DNA of 64,000 bases from an uncultured Gemmatimonadales bacterium (GTDB lineage Bacteria; Gemmatimonadota; Gemmatimonadetes; Gemmatimonadales; GWC2-71-9): positions 27,291 through 91,290 of the forward strand of contig CAVSQW010000011.1 of NCBI GenBank assembly GCA_963730185.1, in the 5' to 3' direction. The position numbers and the translations under genes were made by a program. The notes below the pieces were generated by a model. It saw nothing but the letters and a program-made list of their open reading frames with translations. It ran no database searches and was not told where the DNA came from. Shown in pieces: positions 40,711 through 50,119 of the stretch (its first letter is position 1; each line of letters opens with the position of its first letter).

Positions 40711-40801
40711 GCCGAGCGTCACCAAGGTCGGCCCCGTGGTCGTCAAGACCGAGGGCTACTGGACCGGGTTCAACATGGAGCTCATGAGCCTCCGTCCGTA
40801 A
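40688..40801 (+). CDS. Lasso peptide precursor (A): 22-aa leader + core GYWTGFNMELMSLRP
   Basis: AAAAGGAG RBS; leader YTKPSVTKVG (YxxP..G), Thr at -2, core Gly1 with Glu9 acceptor. Confidence 0.9.
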   Translation: MSKLQYTKPSVTKVGPVVVKTEGYWTGFNMELMSLRP

Positions 40802-40841
40802 GCTGACCAAGGTTCGGGGGCGCACCAGCGCCCGCGGCCAC

Positions 40842-40887
40842 GACCCCCGTCCGCCTCCCAAAATGGCGGCCGGGGGTCCGTCGTTTG
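40842..40887 (+). terminator. GC-rich stem-loop after the lasso precursor
   Basis: GACCCCCGTCCGCC-loop-GGCGGCCGGGGGTC followed by only a short T tract (CGTCGTTT). Confidence 0.5.
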
Positions 40888-40944
40888 CATACCCGGTTGG
40901 CTCAGGAGATACCCTGAACCGATCGATTGTCCTAAATTCGAACA

Positions 40945-43545
40945 GTGGAATCCACCTCCCCACCCGACGCGGGGCCCGGGCCCCCTCCCGCCCTGGCTAT
41001 TCCTGAGGCGCCAACCGGCCGTTCCTGGCTGACCTACTGGTGGCGCCACGACGGCTGGGTCGCGGCGCTGGCCGTCGTGGTCGTGGCGATCGTCGAGTTG
41101 GTCCCGCGTCCTCTTGGTCGGCCGGGGCAGCGTCCCGGCCTGTTGGTGTACCTCGCGCCCGTCCTGACCGCGTTCGCCATCCTGATTTGCTGGTTGCGGG
41201 CCGCCCGCGCCGCCAAGGGCGATCGGGCCATCCGGCTGGTGACCCGCACCGGCGTGGTGACCACGGCGGCCGCCGCGGTCGGGGTGCTGCTGCTTCAGTC
41301 GCAGAACGTCGCGCTCGGCCTCGGTCGGCAGCCGGTCGGTGTGCTGATCCTGATCAGTTCGATCCTGATCCTCCTCGAAGGTCCGCTCTGGGTCGTCGCC
41401 ATCCTAGTGTGGCCTCCCCGCGAGCGGCAGCGTGAAACCGGCTGGTACGTCGCGTTGGACGTGGCGATCATGATCCTCGCGACCAGTGCCGTATTCTGGT
41501 ATGCCCAGGTCCGGATTACCCCAGACCCGACCAACGCACCGCCCAACATCCATGCCGTCGTCGTGATCTGGGCGATCATGCTGCTGGGCCTCAGCGTGGC
41601 CGTCCTCCGAGGCTCGATTGCCCGATACGAACTGGCATTCCGCCTCTTGGTCGGCGCGCTGGTGGCCACCTTTTTCGTCAACTTCGCCCTGACCGTCTTC
41701 AACGCTGCCACGGCACTGGAACTCGTCAATACGCCCGTCCTGGTAGCCGGCGTCGCCCTCCGCATCGCCGGCGCCGAGGCCATCCGGCTCCGCCTTCCAC
41801 TCCCGGGCGCCCCCGGCGAGGGCACCCACCGGAGCCCGCTCCCGTGGGTCGCCGTGCTGGCCATCGGCGTGCTCGCCTTCCGCCTGGCCATGACGGAGCA
41901 CGACAGCGGCCTCGGCCCGGTGGTGCTGATCACCCTCTGCATCACCGTCCTGCTCCTCCTTCGCCAGTCGGTGGTGATGCGCCAGAACGCCCGGCTCCTG
42001 GCCGAGCGGGCCCAGCACGAGGCCGACGCCCGGATCGCGGCCCTGGTCCGGCACACGTCCGACGTGATCCTGATCGCCGATCAGTCGCTCCGGGTCCGCT
42101 TCGCGTCACCGTCGGCGGAGGGACTCTGGGCCGGTGATCCGGCCCGGATCCTCGGGCTCGAGGTCGGCGAGCTGGTGGATCCCCTGCAGCGGGTCGAGGT
42201 CGAGCGAGCGCTCGCCGAGCGGCTGACCCGGCCCGGGCAGAGTGCCACCACCCGCTGGCGGATGCTCGGCGTCGAAGGCGACTGGCGGAAGATCGAAGCC
42301 GTCATCACCAACCTGTTGCATGAGCCGTCGGTCGGCGGGGTGGTGTTGACGCTCCGCGACCAGACCGAGCGCGCCGACCTCGAGGAACAGCTTCAGCAGG
42401 CCCAGAAGATGGAGGCGATCGGCCAGCTGGCCGGCGGGATCGCCCATGACTTCAACAACCTGCTCACGACCGTGTTGGGGCACAGCGAGCTCGGGCTCGA
42501 CTCCCTCGAAGCCGGTCATCCGGTCCGGGCTGATTTCGAGCAGATCAAGCGGGCGGCCGAGCTGGCCGCGGCGCTCACCAAGCAGCTGCTCGCCTTCAGC
42601 CGGAAGCAGCTGATCGAGCCCACCGCCATCGACGTGGCCGAGTCCATCCCCAAGATCGCCGGGTTGCTCAAGCGGCTGATCGAGGAGCGGATCCGGACGG
42701 TCATCGAGGTCGCGCCCGACGTGGGGATGGTCCAGATGGACCCGTCCCAGCTCGAGCAGGTCATCATCAACCTGGCCATCAACGCCCGCGACGCGATGCC
42801 GCACGGCGGCTCGCTCACCATCCGAGCCCGCCGCGAACAGGTGACGAGCGAGCTCACCGGCGTCGTGCCGGTCGCGCCGGGCGACTATCTGGTCATCGAC
42901 GTCGCCGATACCGGCGTCGGGATCGACGCCGCCACCCAGGCCCGGATCTTCGAGCCCTTCTTCACGACCAAGCCCCCCGGCCGGGGCACCGGCCTCGGGT
43001 TGGCGAGCGTCTATGGCGTGGTGAACCAGAACAAGGGCGGCCTCCGGCTGAAGAGCGCACTCGGCCAGGGCAGCACCTTCTCGGTGTACCTCCCGGCCCT
43101 CAAGGAAGGCGCCGATCTCCCGGCCGTCCCGACCGAGCCGCGACGCCCCGGCATGGCCGATGCGCTGGTGCTCCTGGTCGAGGACGAACCCTGGCTCCGC
43201 GACATCGCCTACAAGGTCCTGACCCGCGAAGGGTACCGGGTCATGGTGGCGGGCGACGCCGCAGAGGCCCTGGTCCAGGCCGCCCGCTCCACTGAGGCCA
43301 TCGACCTCCTGCTCACCGACGTGATCATGCCCGGGATGAGCGGCCCCAGCCTGGCCGCCCGGCTCCGAAGCGACCAGCCCAGCCTCCGAGTGCTCTTCAT
43401 GTCGGGCTACGTCGCCGCCGACCTCGGGGGCGAGCTGGGGCCCGCCGACCAGCTGCTCCGGAAGCCGTTTACACCTTACGTGATGCTCGAGGCCGTCCGG
43501 GCCACCCTCGACGCACCGACTCTGCCGGCCCCGCCCACGCCTTGA
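40945..43545 (+). CDS. Membrane hybrid sensor histidine kinase (multi-TM, PAS, HisKA, HATPase, REC)
   Basis: About 9 hydrophobic segments; [50 protein letters not shown]-terminal LLVEDE...[10 protein letters not shown]...KPF. Confidence 0.93.
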   Translation: MESTSPPDAGPGPPPALAIPEAPTGRSWLTYWWRHDGWVAALAVVVVAIVELVPRPLGRPGQRPGLLVYLAPVLTAFAILICWLRAARAAKGDRAIRLVTRTGVVTTAAAAVGVLLLQSQNVALGLGRQPVGVLILISSILILLEGPLWVVAILVWPPRERQRETGWYVALDVAIMILATSAVFWYAQVRITPDPTNAPPNIHAVVVIWAIMLLGLSVAVLRGSIARYELAFRLLVGALVATFFVNFALTVFNAATALELVNTPVLVAGVALRIAGAEAIRLRLPLPGAPGEGTHRSPLPWVAVLAIGVLAFRLAMTEHDSGLGPVVLITLCITVLLLLRQSVVMRQNARLLAERAQHEADARIAALVRHTSDVILIADQSLRVRFASPSAEGLWAGDPARILGLEVGELVDPLQRVEVERALAERLTRPGQSATTRWRMLGVEGDWRKIEAVITNLLHEPSVGGVVLTLRDQTERADLEEQLQQAQKMEAIGQLAGGIAHDFNNLLTTVLGHSELGLDSLEAGHPVRADFEQIKRAAELAAALTKQLLAFSRKQLIEPTAIDVAESIPKIAGLLKRLIEERIRTVIEVAPDVGMVQMDPSQLEQVIINLAINARDAMPHGGSLTIRARREQVTSELTGVVPVAPGDYLVIDVADTGVGIDAATQARIFEPFFTTKPPGRGTGLGLASVYGVVNQNKGGLRLKSALGQGSTFSVYLPALKEGADLPAVPTEPRRPGMADALVLLVEDEPWLRDIAYKVLTREGYRVMVAGDAAEALVQAARSTEAIDLLLTDVIMPGMSGPSLAARLRSDQPSLRVLFMSGYVAADLGGELGPADQLLRKPFTPYVMLEAVRATLDAPTLPAPPTP

Positions 43546-43629
43546 TCCTCCAGCAGGCCGAGCGGCGGCCTTGCCACTCGGAATTGGGCAAGGTGGCTCG
43601 GGTCGGCGCGGCCCTCGGCTCGGCCTGGC

Positions 43630-46098
43630 TCAGGAGGTCCGGAGCGCCTCCATCGGATCGACCCGGCTGGCCCGGCGGGCCGGGATCGCGCTCGCCACCA
43701 ACGACACGGCCAGCACCACGACCGCCACCGCCCCGAACACCAGCGGGTCGGTCGGGCTGGTTCCATGGAGCAGGTCTCGGATCAGCCCGGTCGCGAACCG
43801 GGCCCCGACGATCCCGAGCCCGAGGCCGATCGCCGTGAGGCGGACCGCGTCGCGGAGCACCATCCGACGGATCTCGGCCTGGCTCGCCCCTAACGCGCCG
43901 CGAATCCCGATCTCCCGGGTCCGCCGCCCGACGGCATACGCCAGCACGCCATGCACGCCAATCAGCGCCAGCAGGAACCCAACGACGGCGAAGCCCACGA
44001 TCTGCAACGTGGTCACCCGGACCCCGCCCAGCTGCTCCGCCACCCGGTCGGCCACCAGGCTGGCGAATACCGGTCGGTCGGGCACCGACCGGACCAGGAG
44101 GTCGCGCATCGGCTTGACCAATCCGCTCGGCGACCCCGCCGCGCGCACGAAGAAACTCGGAAAGGCCGACGGCGCCTGCTCGTAGGGCCGGTACACCTCG
44201 GGGCCGTCGTCCGCCAGAAGGAGGCTCCCCTGCGCCCCCTTGTGATCGTGGACCACCCCCACGACGGCGATCTCGGCCGGCCGGCCGGGCGCGGTGTCCA
44301 CCCGGAAGGTCTGGCCCACGGCGTCCTGACCCGGCCACCACCGCCGGGCCGCCCATTGGTTCACGATCGCGACCGGCGGGGTCCGCTCCAGGTCTCGGTC
44401 GGTGAACTCGCGGCCCTGGAGCACGGTGACGCCCAGGGTGGCGAAGAAACCCGGACTGACCGAAAACTCGACCGGCGGCACCAATGGGGGCGGCAACGGT
44501 CCCGCCCTCCCGGTCGGGGTAACTTCGGGCGATTTGCCTCGGGGGCCGAGCGGCACCGGCGCCTCGAGCGCCACGGACCGGGCGCCCGGCAACTCGCCCA
44601 GGTCGGCCAGGATCTGGCGGGTGACCGGGACATAAGTCTCCCTGACCCGCCAGGGATGAGGATAGCTCGGCGTCCCTTCGAGCAGCGTTGCCGGGCGGAA
44701 GCCCAGGTCGAGCTCCGACAGCCGGAGTGCGGTCCGGGTCATGAGCCCGGCCCCCACCAGCAGCACCACCGCCGAGGCGATCTGGGCGACCACGAAGGCC
44801 TGCTGCATCCGGTTCCCGAGTCGGCCACCACCCGACGAGGGCGCCCCCTCGCGCAGCACCAAGGCCACCTCGGCCCGGGCCGCCATCCGTCCCGGCAGCA
44901 GGCTCAACCCCACTCCGACGATCACCGCCAACACCGCCGTGAAGGCCACCACCGGCCCGTCGAGCCGGTATTCCATCCCGGCCGGCCGGATCGAGTCGAG
45001 CACGGTGAGCGACTGCAGCACGTTGAGGAACCATGACGCGAAGAGAAGACCGCCGACGAACGCCAAGGCCACCACGAAGGCGTACTGAACCAGCAGGTCG
45101 CCCGCCAAGCGGAGGGGCCGGGCGCCGAGCGCCGCGCGCACCCCGAACTCGCGTTGCTGATCGAGCGCCCGGACCAGAACCAGGTTGGCGAGATTGGCGC
45201 AGGCGATCAGCAGAATGCAGGCGACGATCGCGGCCAGGATCAGGTCGTGGGCCCGGGTCGAGGTGGTGTACCGGTCGCGAAGCGGCGCGGCCTCGAGGCG
45301 GAACCGGGGCGCGTTCGGCCCCGCGCTGGCCGGCACCGGCACCTCGATCGTGGCGAGCTCGGCCCGGAGCTGCTCGACGGTCCGCCCCGGCGCCAAGCGG
45401 CCGATCGCGGTGATCGACCGGATCGACGGCCGGGTGCTGGGATCGAGGGTCGGGACCGCCGGAAGCCAGAAGCGGTTCCCCACCTCGTGATGGAACCCGG
45501 GCGGCATCACCCCCACCACGACGTAGTGGCTGTCGCTCAGCTTGATGGTCTGACCGATGATGGCCGGATCACCGCCGAGCTCGTCCTTCCAGAGGTCGTG
45601 ACTGATCAGCACTACCAGCGGCACGTTGAGCCGATCGTCTTCCGCGGTGAAGAGCCGACCGAGCTCCGGTGTGACACCAAGCATCGAGAAGAGGCTCGGG
45701 GTGGCCACCCCGCCGAAGACGACGATCGGCTCGCCGCCCTTGTTCAGGGCTTTACCGCCCGAGGTATAGGCGGCCACCTGGTCCATGGTTTGGAAGTGAT
45801 GGACCGCGATCAGATCGGCGTAGGCCTCGTAGGCGACGTCGCAGGCGGAGCGGCACCCGGAGGGCGGCACCGCACCCGCGCCGTCGTCGATCGGAACCTC
45901 GCTCAAGAGCACCAACCGGTCGCCGTCCTTGAACGGGAGGGCCCGGAAGCGGACCGCGTCGACCACCGCGAACGCCGCCGCCGCGGCGCCCAGGGCAAGG
46001 GCCAGCGAGAGGACGGCGGTGACCAGGAAGCCGGGACTCCGGACCAGCGTTCGGATCCCGATCCGGGCATCACGGATGAACGAGGAGAACGATGCCAT
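43630..46098 (-). CDS. ADOP-type duplicated ABC permease
   Basis: RDARIGIRTLVRSPGF, LIACANLANL, REFGVRAALGA, RTREIGIRGALGA, PARRASRVDPMEALR. Confidence 0.9.
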   Translation of the reverse strand: MASFSSFIRDARIGIRTLVRSPGFLVTAVLSLALALGAAAAAFAVVDAVRFRALPFKDGDRLVLLSEVPIDDGAGAVPPSGCRSACDVAYEAYADLIAVHHFQTMDQVAAYTSGGKALNKGGEPIVVFGGVATPSLFSMLGVTPELGRLFTAEDDRLNVPLVVLISHDLWKDELGGDPAIIGQTIKLSDSHYVVVGVMPPGFHHEVGNRFWLPAVPTLDPSTRPSIRSITAIGRLAPGRTVEQLRAELATIEVPVPASAGPNAPRFRLEAAPLRDRYTTSTRAHDLILAAIVACILLIACANLANLVLVRALDQQREFGVRAALGARPLRLAGDLLVQYAFVVALAFVGGLLFASWFLNVLQSLTVLDSIRPAGMEYRLDGPVVAFTAVLAVIVGVGLSLLPGRMAARAEVALVLREGAPSSGGGRLGNRMQQAFVVAQIASAVVLLVGAGLMTRTALRLSELDLGFRPATLLEGTPSYPHPWRVRETYVPVTRQILADLGELPGARSVALEAPVPLGPRGKSPEVTPTGRAGPLPPPLVPPVEFSVSPGFFATLGVTVLQGREFTDRDLERTPPVAIVNQWAARRWWPGQDAVGQTFRVDTAPGRPAEIAVVGVVHDHKGAQGSLLLADDGPEVYRPYEQAPSAFPSFFVRAAGSPSGLVKPMRDLLVRSVPDRPVFASLVADRVAEQLGGVRVTTLQIVGFAVVGFLLALIGVHGVLAYAVGRRTREIGIRGALGASQAEIRRMVLRDAVRLTAIGLGLGIVGARFATGLIRDLLHGTSPTDPLVFGAVAVVVLAVSLVASAIPARRASRVDPMEALRTS

Positions 46099-46126
46099 GC
46101 GCGGACCTTCGGAAGCGAGTGGGAGG

Positions 46127-47599
46127 CTACCGCACGAACACGAGACCTCCGGCCTGGGTACGGGCCATCACCACAGGCACGGCGCTCTGATCCAGGGCCA
46201 GGGCGGCGTCGACGATGTCGGTCCCACCGGAGAAGGTACCCGCCACCCACTGAGTCGGCGACACGTCGCACGATACCGTGCATGACAGATAGCGCACCGC
46301 CCCCCCGCCGGTGGCGTACACGCCGTGGATCCGGCCGTTGGCGTCGACCGCCACCGAGGGCCGGGCGTCGTTCGCGATGTCGCTCAGCAGGGGGCCGAGC
46401 AGCGACCAGCTCGCGTCGGTGTTGCAGTTGGTCGAGACGCAGATCCCGATCGCGAGGAAGCTCGGCAGCCCGAACATCACGACCGGCCGGTCGGTCGGGG
46501 TCACGGCCAGCGCCACCCGGTCTGCCGCGCCCGCCGTAGAGACGAGGGCGGTGACGGTCCAGGACGCGAAGGTGGCGCAGCTGGCCGGGCAGAAGCCGTA
46601 CACCAGGAGCCCGTCCTGGTCGGAGACCCAGACGGCGTGGAGCCCCCCGGTCGACGTCACCCCCAGATCGCTGGCCCGCCCCCGTCCTACGCCGGCGTCG
46701 AGCGTGATCGCCGGGCTCCAGGACGCGGCGCTGCCACATCCCGTCGTGCAGGTGAGGTACCGGAGGTCCTCCACCCCGCGCTGCTGGTAGATCACGTGGA
46801 GCGTGCCGTCCGTCGCCCGGGCGATCGACGGCGCGTAGCCGGCGTCGCCGACCGCGTCGTCGAGCACGGCCGTCTGCCAACTCGCCGGGGTGGCGCAGCC
46901 CTGGGCGCAGGTGCTGACGCCGAGGGCCCCGATCCCGCCGATGTAGTAGGCCAGGGCCGCGCCACCGTCTGGCGCGATCGCGAGGTCGAGCCGGCTGTCG
47001 GTCCCGGCGTCGGTGGCGACGGTGACGACCGTCCAACCCGCCGTCTGATCGCACCCCGACCCGCACTCGGCGTACTTGACGGCGCCCGCCAAGCTATCGA
47101 GGTAGGCGACATGGATCACGCCGCCCGCATCCACCGCCACGACCGCACCCGACCCCGAGGCGTTGGCTGGGTCGACCACCTGGCGGGCCGTGTTCTTGGC
47201 GTGGAAGTCCCAGGTATAGTTGGAATCGAGGCCCTCGCCGTCGACGCTGCGCACGCTGATGGTCGCGATCCCCTGGTAGTCGACCCCCGGCGCGAGGGCG
47301 AGGTCGAGCACCGCCGCATGCCGGCTGTCGTCGTAAATCACCCGCCCCGGAATCGCGACCGAACCGACCACGACCCCCAGCGTCTGCTCGGTGACGGTGG
47401 TCGGATCGAGCGCCTTGTCGAAGTAGACGTACACCGGCCCGACGTAGGGCGCGTCGAGCGTGCCTGGGCTCGGAGTCACGGAATCCACCGCCAAGCCGCC
47501 GACGCCCGTCGGCGGCGGCGCCACCGGGTTCTGCTTGCAGCCTCCCGCCACCGCCGCCAGCGCCAAGGCGAGCGGTCCGACCCTCACGAGCGTGCCCAT
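46127..47599 (-). CDS. Lipoprotein with Ig-like domain and Cys-rich propeller-like repeats
   Basis: Lipobox VAGGC; Big_5-like VTPSPG...VYFDKALDPTTV...YTWDF; six C-x3/4-C-x5/6-W repeats. Confidence 0.7.
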   Translation of the reverse strand: MGTLVRVGPLALALAAVAGGCKQNPVAPPPTGVGGLAVDSVTPSPGTLDAPYVGPVYVYFDKALDPTTVTEQTLGVVVGSVAIPGRVIYDDSRHAAVLDLALAPGVDYQGIATISVRSVDGEGLDSNYTWDFHAKNTARQVVDPANASGSGAVVAVDAGGVIHVAYLDSLAGAVKYAECGSGCDQTAGWTVVTVATDAGTDSRLDLAIAPDGGAALAYYIGGIGALGVSTCAQGCATPASWQTAVLDDAVGDAGYAPSIARATDGTLHVIYQQRGVEDLRYLTCTTGCGSAASWSPAITLDAGVGRGRASDLGVTSTGGLHAVWVSDQDGLLVYGFCPASCATFASWTVTALVSTAGAADRVALAVTPTDRPVVMFGLPSFLAIGICVSTNCNTDASWSLLGPLLSDIANDARPSVAVDANGRIHGVYATGGGAVRYLSCTVSCDVSPTQWVAGTFSGGTDIVDAALALDQSAVPVVMARTQAGGLVFVR

Positions 47600-47610
47600 G
47601 GTATGCCCCC

Positions 47611-48222
47611 TTACCGCGACGACGCCGGGAGGTCCCGCCGCGCAAACTGGTATGGCCGCCCCGCCCGGGCGAGCAGATCGATCACGAGGCGGACCGGCAA
47701 CCCCATGACGCTGAAGAAATCGCCCTCGATCCGCTCCACCAACGCGGCACCGAAGCCCTGAATCCCGTACGCGCCGGCTTTGTCCATGGGTTCACCCGTC
47801 GCCACGTAGGCCGCGAGCCAGGCGTCGTCCGCCGGCCGGAAGGACACCACGGTGGTATCGGCCGCCTCGTACTCGGCGCCGTGAGCGACGAGGCACACCG
47901 CCGTGATCACCTCGTGCCGGCGACCTTGGAGCCGCCGCAGCATGGCCACCGCCTCCGCGGCGTCGCCCGGCTTCTCGAGAATCTCGCCGTCGACCACCAC
48001 GATGGTGTCGGCCCCGAGCACCAGCTCGCCGGGCACCGCCCGCGCCTTGTCGCGAGCCAGTCGGCGAGCGTAGGCGAGCGGCGCCTCTCGCGGCAGGGGG
48101 ATCTCCTGAACCGCACTAGGCTGGACCAGCACCGGGATCTCGAGCATCTCGAGCAGCTGGCGGCGCCGGGGCGAGCCCGAGGCGAGCACCAGCACTGCGT
48201 CCTCCCGATCGGCCGCCGTCAC
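47611..48222 (-). CDS. maf: Maf nucleotide pyrophosphatase (YhdE-type)
   Basis: [40 protein letters not shown]. Confidence 0.95.
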   Translation of the reverse strand: MTAADREDAVLVLASGSPRRRQLLEMLEIPVLVQPSAVQEIPLPREAPLAYARRLARDKARAVPGELVLGADTIVVVDGEILEKPGDAAEAVAMLRRLQGRRHEVITAVCLVAHGAEYEAADTTVVSFRPADDAWLAAYVATGEPMDKAGAYGIQGFGAALVERIEGDFFSVMGLPVRLVIDLLARAGRPYQFARRDLPASSR

Positions 48223-48683
48223 TCCTTGCCGCCTTCCGGACGCCGCTCCCGCTCGAGCATCAGGGTCACCGGTCCGTCGTTCAGGATCTCGACCTCCATC
48301 ATCGCGCCGAACTCGCCCGTGGCCACCGGCAAGCCGGTGCCCCGAAGCGCGGCGACGAACCGCTGGTAGAGCGGAATCGCGATCTCCGGGCGGGCTGCGT
48401 CGATGAACGACGGCCGCCGACCCTTCGCCGCGTCGCCGTAGAGCGTGAATTGCGACACCACCAGCAGGGACCCACCCACGTCGGCGAGCGCGAGGTTCAT
48501 CTTGCCTTCCGGATCGGTGAAGAGGCGGAGCCCCGCCACCTTCTCCGCCATCCAGTCGACGTCAGCCGCGGTGTCGGCATGGGTGAACCCGACCAGCAGG
48601 CAGAATCCGCGCTCGATCGCACCGGTGACCCGACCGTCGATCGTCACGGAGGCCCGGGAGACTCGCTGAAGCAATACGCGCAT
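48219..48683 (-). CDS. dtd: D-aminoacyl-tRNA deacylase
   Basis: [27 protein letters not shown]. Confidence 0.97.
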   Translation of the reverse strand: MRVLLQRVSRASVTIDGRVTGAIERGFCLLVGFTHADTAADVDWMAEKVAGLRLFTDPEGKMNLALADVGGSLLVVSQFTLYGDAAKGRRPSFIDAARPEIAIPLYQRFVAALRGTGLPVATGEFGAMMEVEILNDGPVTLMLERERRPEGGKE

Positions 48684-48791
48684 TGTTGCCAGGGGGCACG
48701 GGGGATCCGTATTCTTCGTGTTCCGTCGGGGGAACCTAATTCCCTACCCGACCACCGACCACCGACCCGCCCCTCACCGGAACGACGTTCG

Positions 48792-49352
48792 TTGCGCCTC
48801 ACCCTCGAAATCGACCGCTCGGCCAATCCGGCCTACGTCTTCGACGCCTCCTACCGGATTACCCACGTCAATCGGGGGTACGCCCGATTCGCACGGGACA
48901 ACGACGCCCCACCCGGATTTCTGGAGCGATGGGGGGCCGGCGCCAGCCTGTTCGACGCGGTGCCCGACTCGCTCGACAAGTTTTATCAGGCGCTCTTCGA
49001 CCGGGCCTTGGGCGGACAGCCGGCCGAGCACGATTTCGAGTGCCACAGCCCGGCCCGCTACCGGCTGTTCCGGATGCAGCTCTTCCCGCTGGCGGACCTG
49101 GCCGGGGTGCTGGTCGAGAATTCGTTGGTGGTGGACCGAGCGCTGGATCCGGTCAGACACGCGGTCGACCAGAGCGCCCTGACAGCCTACCGCTCGTCGG
49201 CAGGGCTGATCCGCCAGTGCGCGCATTGCCGCCGAGCCGAGGATCCTGCCACCGGCGAGTGGCACTGGGTGGCCGAGCTCATCGCCCAGCCCGCCCGTGA
49301 GGTTTCCCACGGGCTCTGCGCGGTCTGCCTGGAGCGCTACTACCCGGAATAG
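48792..49352 (+). CDS. PAS-like domain plus C-terminal CxxC...SHGLCxxC zinc-binding module
   Basis: ITHVNRGYARFA, FECHSP, IRQCAHCRR...W...VSHGLCAVC; start uncertain (TTG assumed). Confidence 0.65.
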   Translation: MRLTLEIDRSANPAYVFDASYRITHVNRGYARFARDNDAPPGFLERWGAGASLFDAVPDSLDKFYQALFDRALGGQPAEHDFECHSPARYRLFRMQLFPLADLAGVLVENSLVVDRALDPVRHAVDQSALTAYRSSAGLIRQCAHCRRAEDPATGEWHWVAELIAQPAREVSHGLCAVCLERYYPE

Positions 49353-49529
49353 CGGCCCGGCCGTCGGCGGTGCAGGGCCAGCGGTGCGGGCCACGTCGTC
49401 GGGCGGCGCCGCGGTCGTCGGAGCCGATCGACGCCGGCCCCGATCGGGCCGGGGACGGCCCAGGGCCTATTCCCAAGGGCAGACCCCGTCGATACCTTCC
49501 CGACCGTCCCTCAGGAACGATGACGCTCG

Positions 49530-50090
49530 ATGGTCTCGAAGAACCAACGCGGCACCCTGACACTCACCCTCCTGATCACCACCATCGGGGCCGTCTCGAG
49601 CAGCGCCCAGGCTCCCCATACCAAGGCCGACGTGGCCTTCATGCAAGGGATGATCGCTCATCACGCGCAAGCGATCTACATGAGCCAGATGGCCCGGGCC
49701 CACGGGGCCGGCCCCAAGCTGCTCACCTTCGCCCAGAAGATCGACCAGTCCCAGGCCGCCGAGATCCGCCTGATGCAGGGCTGGCTCCGCGCCAATGGGC
49801 AGTCGGCACCCGATACCTCGTCCTGGCGCACGATGATGATGCCCGGGATGCTCACGGCGGCCCAGCTCGACTCTCTCGACGCGGCGCGGGACGTCACCTT
49901 CGACCGCGAGTTCCTGACGATGATGATCCAGCACCACGAGGGCGCCCTCGCCATGGTGGACCACCTGTTCGCGTCACCGGGCGCCGGCCAGGACGTCGAC
50001 GTGAGCGTCTTCGCGAACGACGTCGTCACCGTCCAGACCGCCGAAATCGGCCTGATGCGCCGGATGCTGTCGCAGCTCCCCGGCAGCTGA
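49530..50090 (+). CDS. DUF305 (ferritin-like, CopM-like) exported protein
   Basis: Signal peptide; ADVAFMQGMIAHHAQAI, MPGMLT, FLTMMIQHHEGALAM, QTAEI. Confidence 0.9.
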   Translation: MVSKNQRGTLTLTLLITTIGAVSSSAQAPHTKADVAFMQGMIAHHAQAIYMSQMARAHGAGPKLLTFAQKIDQSQAAEIRLMQGWLRANGQSAPDTSSWRTMMMPGMLTAAQLDSLDAARDVTFDREFLTMMIQHHEGALAMVDHLFASPGAGQDVDVSVFANDVVTVQTAEIGLMRRMLSQLPGS

Positions 50091-50119
50091 GCCACACCTC
50101 TCACCGGAGTCTCCCACCG

